A DNA stretch of 64,000 nucleotides from Antedon mediterranea (lineage: Eukaryota; Animalia; Echinodermata): NCBI RefSeq assembly GCF_964355755.1, contig NC_092678.1, positions 15,171,881-15,235,880 on the forward strand, read 5' to 3'. The position numbers were made by a program, and so were the translations under genes. Position 1 is the stretch's first letter; the number at the start of each line of letters is the position of its first letter. The notes below the pieces were generated by a model. The model did no database searches. It was not told the DNA's origin and saw only the letters and a list, made by a program, of their open reading frames with translations. Positions 26,301 to 38,100 of this stretch are shown here, piece by piece.

Positions 26301-28020
26301 TTGTGTTGGTACTTGTGATTATACCCCTTAAAACACCTATCGCAGGAATAATCAATTTTTAGAAAACCTCTCATTGTGGTTATGAGATCGTAATGATTAG
26401 AATGATGATAAAGATATATCTGCTTTTTTCGAAAATCGCCGCTAAAATGACTAAAAATTTAAATTGTCTTTTGAAATGACAATAATTTGATAATTTGGTA
26501 ATTTTGATTGCATCTTTTTTATTTCCTCGATGCCGCAAGTATGCTCCCTAACCCCCGAATCTCTAAGTAAATGAAGGGCGGCTATTTTTTGATGACCCCT
26601 ACCTTCTCTAAAGTTATTCCATCTAACCACGTTGTTAATTTTGTCTTCGAGCATGGAAATACCCGTAACAATTGCGCGTGCGCAGGGGATAGTTTCGTTT
26701 TCATCATTCTTAATCTTAATTATACTTTGAGTGTTAAGCAGTATGTCGATACCGTTTCTTCTAATACCCCTAGGCATTCTCATATGGAGAACGTTAAATT
26801 TAAACTTGTTATTAAGACAATGTTAATAAAAAATATCCGTTTTGGACTGAAGGACCTTCATAATGGCTGCAAAAATAACGTCAGCCGTAAGATGGCCCAT
26901 CCGTCCAAAAGGGATAGAGATAGGTGAATCTAACCCCTCAGCCTGTATGACTTTTCGAAGCATGTCGTCGACATGCACGTTAATGCAGAGATTATCGACG
27001 ACATGCTCGAAAATTCGATACAGTGTGGGCAGAAACACCTCTAAACTTAAATGATCAATATTAAAAAAATTAACTAAAAAATCGCTAATAGTCGCGTTAA
27101 AACGTTGGTTAAACCTATCAGCTAATTGAACGATTCTACAGAAGTGATTCAACTCTACCTCATCAAGATTAAGGTCCTCGTCTTCAACAGTATCAATATC
27201 GGCAAATTCTTCTCCGTCTTCGATTCTGAGCCTCTTTCTATTAACGCCCCTTCCGTATTGTATGGGTACAGGCTGAAAACAAAAAGAGAAAAACGGTAAA
27301 AAAATAAATAAAAGACGTGGTACAACAACAACAACAGTAGTAAAGAAAATAAAACGATAGTTACCTCAATAATCGAAGACTCCACTGAATCATTAATCTC
27401 GACATTTCCTCTCAATCTCAAACATTTGGTGTGAGCACCAACACCGTACTATACAGAAAAAAAATAGATAAATTAGAAAGGAAAACGTATATAAACCGTA
27501 AACGCAGAAACACTTTGTAAATGCCCCAATTACATAAACTACTACTTTATGAGATATACACGGTAAAAAAAAAAATTTAAAAAATAAATAAATAAATTAG
27601 AAAGAAACACAAAGAAGCCTTATAAACACACGTTCGGTTACACACAATCTACTTTTAAGAAATATACACGGTAAAATAAATATTACGTAAAAAATAAAAT
27701 AAACAAACACTTACTTCTACGTCATCAATACACAAATTAGCCGATAGCTCCTGCACTATCTCAATAGCATTATTGCAAATATCCGAAAGTGAGAGGCTAT
27801 CGGCTTCAGAAACACTCTGGCTAACATCCAAATCAAGATCCTGGTCATTAAATACGAAATCTTCTAGTAGTCCAATATCGGGGATAACATCGTCGGTATC
27901 GATATTTTCGACATTATTCCGCGATAAACTAACGATAGCTTCAACTGCTCTCTGGCATTCGATAAACAAGCTATCGTTAGAATCGGAAGATGATGATGAT
28001 GATACGTAATGAGCCAATGT
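23340..28020 (-). pseudogene. Protein-primed DNA polymerase B with spliced N-terminus, vOTU-like and Vsr-like domains; frameshifted
   Basis: Exo I FFDFECTQ, Exo II AHNFQGYD, Exo III YCISDV; polymerase motifs DYTSLYP, KLMLNSFWGK, YYDTDS and KVKGF; CARAIV...IYLYHHSNHYDLI protease-like domain; EFMGCLFHGC...IWEHEW insertion. Upstream exons 27448-27365 and about 28020-27715 join in phase 0. Confidence 0.93.
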
Positions 28021-28990
28021 AAAAAAAATCAGTAATAAGTCTTGGATAATCAGTAAGTAAGCGAATGAAAAATTACCCACACTTACGTTGTTTTGATACC
28101 ATCCCATGACACTAATTAAATTAAAAAATATAATATGCAAACAAAGGTACTTAGAACTTCCTTTAGGAAATGTGTCCGCTAATAAGATTGGTCAAACAAC
28201 CCTTAAATAATTAGGAAGACCTTCCCACAACAGTGACCATTAGATTTAAATAAAACCCTTATAGTTACTATGGACGAATGAACTCGACGCAAACAAAGAA
28301 TATATTATATTCTATGACGCAACACAATTTCCACCATTGAATTATAATTCCTTTACTTCTAATTTGGCTATCAACATATTTCTACTGTACTGTAGTGTAT
28401 AATGTTGTATAATGAAATAAATATTTGAGATTGAGTTCATGTTTTAAACGCTTTATGTAACGTCCACCAACCCATGATCTTTCTCTATTACTACAGCATC
28501 GACGATCCTGAATTCAAAATTGCTAGGTCTAGCCCCCCGTTAATCATCAGCGCACACATCCATGTAGCCTGGCTCCGTCGATAGGCAATCGCGATGTGAA
28601 AAAAATCCCAATTCCTTATACGATGACGTCATACGCGTACCAGCACCCCATTGGCTGATTATGACTTAATGCAATTTTACCGTCGGTACCTTTAGTAGAC
28701 GGAAGTTAGGATACGGTACCGTATCTTTAGCCACGGCGTAATTTTAATTATAATATTTTATGATGGCCTAAAATGGGGGCTGTATTTTATTATTTAAATT
28801 ACAGTATTACTATTATTTTTTAATAATATATGCCTACTACTAGCCTAGGCATATATTCAGCCTACTAAATCAAATAATAAATGAAAAATAAAATAATAAT
28901 ACTGATTAAAAAAATGATTTTTTTGGGGGGTCAGATCATCAGGCTAGGCCGGCCAGTATGGAACGCCTCCTCTGCCTTCAGTTCACATTT

Positions 28991-29272
28991 ATCATGCAGT
29001 ACACACCAATCGTCATGCAGTACACACCAATCGTCATGCAGTACACACCATTGGTCATGTAGTACACACCAAACATCATGCAGTACACACCAAACATCAT
29101 GCAGTACACATCAATCGTCATGCAGTACACACTGAACATCATGCAGTAGACACCAATGGTCATGCAGTACACACCAATCATCATGCAGTACACACCAATG
29201 GTCATCCAGTACACACCAATGGTCATGTAGTACACACCAATCGTCATGCAGTACACACCAATCGTCATGCAG
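28991..29272. repeat. 21-bp minisatellite, about 13 copies
   Basis: (CATGCAGTACACACCAATCGT)n with minor variants. Confidence 0.95.
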
Positions 29273-29344
29273 TCAAATATTGCGTAATTTATACCGCCAC
29301 CTATAGACAAAATCGAATATCACGTGACGTTTATTAGACTATAA

Positions 29345-32191
29345 TTGAGAAGCTTCTCGCTCAACTTAATTTTATTAGGAGCAACGAATACGAAAGGAAA
29401 CTTTATAAAGCTTTTTTTCCTCACCTGTTATTACGCTTGTGCGAGAGCAAGTGAGATGGTACGGATCAATAATCCGGAACACGTCCTAAACTTTGCGACA
29501 TTACCATATCACACACTAAGGTCACCTTCCATTAATTCCTTCATATTTCAAACCGGAGCTCCAGTACTTAAAGATGTATTGTCCCCCTGAAAAAAAAATT
29601 TTTTTCAATATTTTTGTTGAATAGGCCATTTTAATTGCACATAAAAGTTATTCACTTTGACCTCAATTTGGATTGAAAAAAATAATTTTTTACACGGAAA
29701 AATCGCAATTTAATGCAAAAATTAACCAACCGGAAGCTATTTGTCTGGAAGACAAATGTGTTCCGGTTTAATTTAACCCTTGACCTGAGTTAGCTCATAA
29801 ATATTCATATTGTATGGATACATCATGTGGATGATGATGCTTTCCAAATCAACAGCCAACAACGATAGCAATGCATGCGTGCGAGAGAGTCGAGTAGTGA
29901 TGCGAGACGAATCTTGAAGAAAACACGAAAACTATAGCTAGCAGAATGCTAAGTTAGAATTACAGTTGGTAACTTTGATGTTGAATCTTATTCATTTAGG
30001 TGAGTTTTTGTTTCGCTAACAGGAGAGGCCTAGCTCCGAATTTGCTGCTACTGTACTACTACTTCTGTCTCTAGAAGTAGAGTGTAGTAGGCCTAGGCAG
30101 GGTGTCTAGTTAGGCAGTACACTGCTAGCTAGGGCTACAGTAGACCACCACCAGAAGGGATGTATTTTTGTTTTAATCATGATGAATTGGTTTAATTTTT
30201 AAAGATTTCAACTATCTATTCGGCAGTGAAAATTAAAAAAAAAAGAAAATCTTAATATTGTTTTGGATGTTTTACTGATGCAATATTTAAAAAATATTTT
30301 CTGTATCAAATGCAATAGGTTCAAATTAACATTCCGCAAATAAACATTTTATGCAGATATTTTGACACAAATTCCTTTTTTTTTTAGGTTGATTGAACAA
30401 TAAGAGCAGGTAGTGAGAAACATAAAATGTATCGTACAGTGGCAACATTCACAATTTATTGAAACGTTTCTTACTATTAAAATGACACTTTGTAATGGAT
30501 GTGAGCGATCTTAGAAGACTATAGCTGTCGTAATTACTGCCATTAATCAACACATTGATAATTTAGACAAATTGACACAAAAAACAATACAGGAATTCAA
30601 TAAGATATACTGTATATATATATTTTATTAACTCCTTTTGAACTGTAATATTTACAGTAAAATTGTGAAGTGTAAGTAAATTTGAAGAATTTATCCTGTG
30701 TACTGAACTGTTGTAGTAGGTTTTTTTTTATTTATTGAATGTTATGTTTACAAAATAATGTACTGTACATATACAGTAATACAAAAAAAAATTATACAAT
30801 ATTCTACAAGCTGGACAAGAACATATTGGCCGAATGCAGCAGGAGAGTCAGAAATATTTTTCCTGCAATGCAATCATATTCCAATACCGAGTCTATCATT
30901 GTTGTCTTTGGGTGACCTCTGTTCCAGTCTTCATCAGCTCAACGTCTTTAAAAAAAGTAAAAGCAAAGTATGAAAATCTGGAAAAAATAGATCATGCATA
31001 TTTGGTGCAAAATTGGGCTAGTGAAATTGCTTACTTTGACATAGTCAAATAAGTATACTACCTTTCTATGGTAATTAAAACACATTACTTATAATGTTAT
31101 AACTTATAAAAAGAGAAAATAAATATTTGACTTACTACAGTACAGAGAAAATTTGTTGTTTGTGTTGTAAAATGGCTAAGCTGGCTTTTCCCCTCTGTCT
31201 ACTTGTACAGTGCTGCTGGAAGGTTCTCAATTTCAGGCTTGTATTGCAACCATTTTCCCTGAAAAATGTTTGTTTTATTTTTATCATAAAAATTAGTTAA
31301 ATTAAACAAGCTTCAACTGTAAATATATATGGTACAGCAAGCTGGCTGTATTTTCGGAATGTAGCTAAGATTGATGGCATATAGCCTAGGCCAGTCTATG
31401 AAGAGTACAATGTATAGGGCCTAGCTGGGCATCTTCTGCAGGTACCCGATTGTCACAGTCTGCTTGCTACTAGCCTAGTAATATGCAGCAGCATGTATTA
31501 ATCTAGGCCTAGCCCTGAACTGAAAAAATCCCAGGCTAAGTTAATTAATTTACCTTCCTGATATTATTGCGTTATATATATTATTATATTTAAAATAACC
31601 GTCTAGGCCTACTTACCGACAAATTAACAGCTCAGCTTTACATATTTATACGATCAGGCCATGGAAACCCACATAACAGTCGAATCGCGTCGATCTATGG
31701 TGGTGTTGTTGTACATACAACGTGCATCGTCCATTGTTAGATCAGATCTCTGCTGTGTGGATGCTCATTAACATATCATGCATATGTATGAGTTAGCTCT
31801 ACCGGCCTAATTTCTGAGCCGATGAGTTCGAAAAAATGGTAAACTTATTTTGATTTTTTTATAAGCGAAATCAATATTTTTTTCGGATTTTTTTTCGGTG
31901 GAAGTGAATAACTTTATGTTAACTACAAAACGGTCTATTCAAAATTTGATTTTTTTCATCTTTATTTTTCATTTTTTGGGGGACAATACATCTTTAAGGA
32001 AAAATTCATACGTTAAAAGAAGCCGCGTTACACACACCCGGTACAACACACACTCGTTCAGAATCGGAAGGGCCACGCAAATTTGGGACCTGGGCGCAAG
32101 TGAACAAGAAATTAAAGCTACCGGAAGATGGATAAGCGACGCATATATACGATATATCCGACCCTACTGCGTAACTCTTAGTAATGACTAA
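29345..32191 (+). pseudogene. Tyrosine recombinase (DIRS/Ngaro-type motifs), split by an inserted transposon; parts 29345-29571 and 31998-32191
   Basis: Left part FLTCYYACARASEMV (first catalytic Arg box) ... FIFQTGAPVL. Right part YNTHSFRIGRAT...EIKATGRWISDAYIRYIRP (HxxR, W, catalytic Tyr), then AATAAA. Confidence 0.8.
29572..31993. mobile_element. Non-autonomous Kolobok-like DNA transposon
   Basis: Perfect 16-bp TIRs AGATGTATTGTCCCCC / GGGGGACAATACATCT flanked by a TTAA duplication (29568-29571, 31994-31997). TTAA TSD with purine-purine termini is the Kolobok pattern. No long ORF inside. Confidence 0.85.
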
Positions 32192-35129
32192 TAAAAATCT
32201 ACATTTGCATTATAACTCACTTACATCCATGCGTTTTTTTTTTTATTCTTTCAGTATTGTTTATTGGCGATGTGTTAGTACAACTTTGCTCCCATTGCAG
32301 TGCACGGTAGTGGAGACATCGGATTAGCCTTGGGTGGAAGGTGCAGATGCTCAACATACTGCCATGAAGTATCTGCGTATACTTTCATGCAGAGCATGGT
32401 TGTATTATTGGTGATTTTTGTACCTATCAGTCTCTTTGGAGAGTTTCATGTGGGTAAGTGAACATTCTTCCTTGTTTCCTGCACTTTGGTGGGCTGCTCT
32501 TGGCGGTCTTCCTTATTTTCCTTAAATGTTGTGTTCCACAAGTTTCAAATTATTAGTATTATATTACATTCAAATGTCACATTTATATCAACATGCAAAG
32601 TATATATTATTATTGCATCAAAAGCCATTACTTTATTTATTTATTATCTATTATCACAGACACAAATCAACCAAATAGCTAAATGAAGACTCCGTATAGC
32701 AATTAAGATGTTGAGGTGAGTTATAAAGTTGAAGAACAACACTATAGGCATACGAATATTAAATACTTTTTTCTAACGAGGCTATAAACAAAGGTATCAT
32801 TCTTTCGTTAATGTATTGATGTAATTCATGCTATATCCGATATCTTTACAATTACAGATTAAAAAACGCATTCGAGATTAATAACTTGCAAACAATTAAA
32901 GAATTATGTGAAAGAGAGCAAGATATTTTGAAAACCCAAACACAGGTAAAACAAAGGATAGGTTTTTCATATTATTACTGATAAGAAATTATTGTCATTC
33001 AATTAGTTCCAAGAAGACCATACATTAAGTAAATTGTAAAACGTTAATCATTATGCCTATATTCAAATGTAATGATTACTGTATAATACCCTGGATCAAT
33101 AACACATGCTTCATTGACGAATGCTGCAAATTAAATAAATAAACTTAGTGACAATATTAATCACTACTTACTGTTAATGTTTGTCATATAATTATTATAA
33201 TAATAATAATTTATTGGAAATTTCACTTTTACAACAGTGGCACACTTTGATGATAAACGTGCGTCCAAATTATGAGATCGATGTGTACAGTTACTGTAGA
33301 GGGTTGGCCGATTAGTTAGACGGTCAGAAAGAAAGTTTAAAGTCAAGAGCCATTTTTTGTATGTGAAAAAAAAACTTCAAAAACATAATTGAGTTCATGT
33401 AAATCCAATCTAGTAAGACTGTAACTGCTCTTGGGCTCGGAGCAAGTTTGGAATGTAGAGGGCGTCGTTTAGTCAAGTCACACAAACGCGAACAAGGCAA
33501 CACTATGACCATCAGTTAAACAATCTTCAATTTATTATGTTCCAACCGTGTCTGTCTGACTACCTTTATTAGTTCGTTCGGTGACTAAAATACAAAGTAT
33601 AAATACAAGTTACCATAAAATAAAACTGAAGTAAAAGAATCATACAAATCGTCACAAAGCACATATTATAATCGTCTAACATAAATTCCTTCATTATCGT
33701 CATCATTCAATGCTTACGCTCAATTATTATATTAAATTCCGTATTACTTAACTTCTTCGGTTACCGTACTAATCATAGTAATACATTAAAAAATGGCAAA
33801 CAATGTGAACAGTATCATCATCTGAATTACAGCAAATACAAACAATTAATTAACATGTCAATCAATAATATGCATAGAACAAGTCCTTACGTGAATATGA
33901 CCGCTATAAGCCTCAAATCTTATGTCAATATTCTCCTTTCAAACATTATCTCAATTCTGTAACAATAATCAACATAAATATATTGATAGAAATTTGTCTA
34001 AAATATAACACAACACATGATAAATGCATAGGAAATTTCAATTAAAACTGATCATGAGACCATGATAAAACATGTCTAAATCCTTCTCTAATTAACACGC
34101 ACATAGTTTAGTTTACTTAAAACGACACAAAGAATGCTTTTATTCATCCACAAGAAATATCTTGAATAATTAAGATAAGCAGAGATCCAGTAATTTAGTT
34201 AACCAATCATTAACCAATGGCCAAATGCATCACAATACAATAGAACTTCCCTGCATAGCTAATGAATATTCATGAGCTGTGAAATCGGTCAGCGTACCAT
34301 TGCTACAGCGGTAAGATCAAATATGATATTCAATACATGGAATAGCTTAACAATTCTAGGCTTAAATCATATAATATCTTCACGTCGATGAACAGTAATA
34401 ACATGTGTATAGTCTAGGCATGTCTATAAAATGTTGAAAACAGTAATACATTAGTTAAATGCCTGTTTAGAATCGTATAAAATTATGCTCAATGTTAACA
34501 TTCCATTGAAACAATGGACTCATCATGGCGAATATACAAATCAACATGTCAACACCTGATTAAATCTTTAATTACTAAGCGAATCGATTCGTAAAGAATC
34601 CTAAAACTACTTATTTATAAACTTTAACTCACTAGTAATCATCTGCAACTGAACACAATGTGTAATTTGGCATTTACGCTTGCAAATCTGGCATTTTCTA
34701 CCATCAATAAACCCACGTGCATCGACGACTGATGCTAGTTGCTCTCTGCCGACGCGAAGTCGAAGTTCGTTCTACCTCACAAATACAATTTCAAACGCTG
34801 GGGGCGCGCTGCATGGGAAAGATCTAACAAAGACTTTTTCGAAATAATTATACAGATAATTCATAATGTTGACTGGACTCACATTTCTTTGACAATTGGC
34901 AATATCAACTATGTATTCACTTTTTTCACTTATTATTATAGTTATAACAATTATTTACTTCAGGGTTGTACAATAGCTATTTGTTTGTGAGTATAAATGT
35001 AACTGATTTTAGTCATGCCATAACAGTGTTGAATTTACAACAGTTGTCAATGTGACATGAATAAAAAACATGTTTACATTACAGCTGTAATCTATATTTA
35101 TAAACTACATGATTATGATTTCTTTCTAG

Positions 35130-38100
35130 TTTGGAGACACTCCACTACATAGTTATTTACGATGTGCCAACCCTACAACAGAAATAGTGGCTTGTCTCAT
35201 AAAGCACGGCGCATCAGTAACGTCACAAAATTTGGTAATGTACCGTACACAAAATAATAATGGTCGTTATGTCGTTATTATGAAAACAGAACGCCTATCT
35301 GTTCCAGCAAACACCTCATTTCATTTATAATTTGTCATTTATAATTAAAATTAATTATGTAGAATTAAATTTTGCAAATTTTAGAAGCAGTTATTGAATG
35401 AAACAATAAACGAAGACATGCCATAACCGACATGTGTTTTTAGAAACAATGTTACTTTGCATAAAGTAATTTATAAACATCATTATAATCGATTGTCATT
35501 CACATATTGTTGTTCACATATTGGACTTCAATTTATATGTCCAGTTTGTTTAAGTTGGTTTATTATTATTTGCAGATGATGTAGTTTTATTTTCCTATTC
35601 TAAAGTTGGTCTACAAAATCAAATACATTTTCTTGCAAAATATTGCACTGTAAATAAGTTAAAAAATAAAGCTATGGTGTTCCGAAATGGTGAAAAATGG
35701 TACATAAATGATGTCAATATAGAAATAGTAAAAGAATATAAAAATTAAGGTTATTATTTTAACAATAAGGGGATTGGAAAATAAACAGGCGGAAAAGGGT
35801 TATGTTCAATGTGAGAAGTAAAATGTTAAATTTGGGCTTTTCGTCTGCAAAAATACAGTCTGAGCTTTTTGATAGACAAGTCGTTACAATACTATTGTAC
35901 GATAGTGAACTTGGGTGGGGGGAGAATGAATGTAAATGTATTGAAAATGTACTCATAAAAAACAGTGTAAATTTGTTCTGAACGTCCCACAATCATGCCT
36001 AGAAAAAGGTGCGCGTAATGAACAAGGTAGAATTAAGATTAATTACTATCAAATATCGAGAATGATCAAGTATTAGATACAAATTAATAAAATGGAAAAT
36101 AATAGATAACCAAATATATGCTACCAAACTCAAAGATCGTGGGGGGGGGGGGGGGGAATGGAAACAACTGTTGGGCGTTCGAAATAAAACATGTTCTGGA
36201 TAATTTCGGTTGTGGTTATATGTGGAATAGTTTAATCAATGAAAAAATGTTACCTCACAAAGAATTAGGGATGTTGCATTGCAGAAATCAAATGAAAAAA
36301 ATTAGTAATAATACACGTCTCAATTTTTATAAAAATATTAGGTTTGACAATTTTTACGTTTATTATTTAAGTTTTAAGTAGAGAACACAAATATCACGCT
36401 TTAGATAATCGTGCCATAATATGTTGATTGAAAGGGGGCGACATTTAAAAATGAATCGAGAGTGTAGAATATGTATGTTTTGTGATCAATTAAGTTTAGA
36501 AGATGAAAAGCATTTTCTTCTTTACTGTCCATCTATATAAAAACATTAGGACAAAATATAATGTTAAAGAATATGTTTGTAAACAATGAAACCCAAATAA
36601 TTAAGTATTTTGCAACCTATTTATGCAAAGATTATGAAAAGAGAAAAACCTGTATGTCCGAAAATAATATAGGTTTTATTATGTGAGGCCATTGTTTTTT
36701 TAAAAAAAAGAAAGAAAGAAAGAATAATAAAATAATCAACCCTTGAAATAATTTTATTTGGGTCCTATTTTATATAAAGGCGTACATTTTCTTTTTTTGA
36801 TTCAATCAAGTACGATAGAAAAGTACAAAATAACAAAGTGCTTTACGACGTTTTGCAAGCGTACCGGTTTTCAAGTAGTCTGATTGTTAGTTGCGTTGAT
36901 GTTTGTTAGTACGGAATGCTATATGTAACAAGCCAGATGTGTTGTACATAAAGTACGAATGAATGTAGCTGCATTTTATTGGTTTGTACACTCAGAAGAT
37001 TTTGTCATGACAATGTAGAATTTACAACCATTATCAATGTGACATGACCGAAAAATATGATTTCATTACATCTGGAATTGATATTTATAAACTACATGAT
37101 TATGCTTTCTTTCTAGTATGGAGACACTCCACTACATAGTTATTTACGATGGCCCAACCCTACAACAGAAATAGTGGCTTGTCTCATACAGCATGGCGCA
37201 GTAGTAACGTCACAAAATAAGGTAACATACAATTATAGTAGGTATTATTATGCCAGTATTAAATAAAACATTACCGGTATCGGTTCAAGCAAACATCTCT
37301 ATTCCATTTATGACGTCTCATTTATAATTAATATGAATGTTTTATAATTAGTTTTCACAAATTCAAAAACAGTTATTAAATAAAAAAAATAATCAATTAA
37401 AACTATATTTTGTAGACATGCCATAAACGACATGTGTTTGTAGAAACAATATTACATTGTAGACTAAGTGCGTCTCGCTAATTATGACATCATATAATCG
37501 ATTGTCAACCACACATTGTATTACAATTATAGTAGCCCTTCATTGCATCTTTGTATTTTTTTAAAAGCTGGTTAGAATATAATTATTAACTATTGAAAAC
37601 ATTTCATTTCGGTCCTAATTTATATGTAGGAGAGCTTTTATTTAATCAAGTACGATATTAAATACGAATTAAAAACGTACTTACTTCGACGTTTTGCAAG
37701 CGTTTCGTTTTTCAAGTAGAATGTGGTTAGTTACGTTGACATTGATCAGTACATGTACGGCATGCTATATGTAACAAGCCAGATGTGTTGTATATAAAGT
37801 ACGAATGAATGTAGCTGATTATTATTGTTTTGTACATTCAGATGATTTTGTCATGACAATGTAGAATTTACAACCATTATCAATGTGACATGACCGAAAA
37901 ATATGATAGCATTACAGCTGGAATATATATTTATAAACTGCATGATTATGATTTCTTTCTAGCTTGGAAACACTCCACTATATAGTTATTTACGATGGTC
38001 CAACCCTACAACAGAAATAGTAACTTTTCTCATACAGCATGGCGCAGTAGTAGCGTCACAAAATAAGGTAACGAACAATTATAGTGGGTATATTATGCCA

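Larger units (their letters stand above)
17440..28140. mobile_element. Decayed Polinton/Maverick (adintovirus-like endogenous virus), truncated; no integrase or TIR visible
   Basis: Compact cluster of minor capsid, core, major capsid, adenain protease, packaging ATPase and protein-primed PolB genes with abutting stops and starts; higher GC than the flanks. Confidence 0.95.

Noticed and set aside
28380-28500. Polinton right terminus (TIR)
   Set aside because: CTACT/TACTAC-like words occur, but no matching left TIR or 6-bp TSD is present in the window.
28991-29272. CRISPR-like array
   Set aside because: Repeats are contiguous with no unique spacers, there are no cas genes, and the context is eukaryotic.
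28881-29310. Heptad-repeat ORFs on both strands (HQSSCST / MTIGVYC)
   Set aside because: By-product of a 21-bp minisatellite; no splice or domain support.
32255-32453. AG/GT-bounded candidate exon after the YR gene
   Set aside because: Stops in all three frames; at most a non-coding exon.
33538-34307. Possible solo LTR on the minus strand (TGT...AATAAA...GAACA)
   Set aside because: No target-site duplication, partner LTR or internal domain found.
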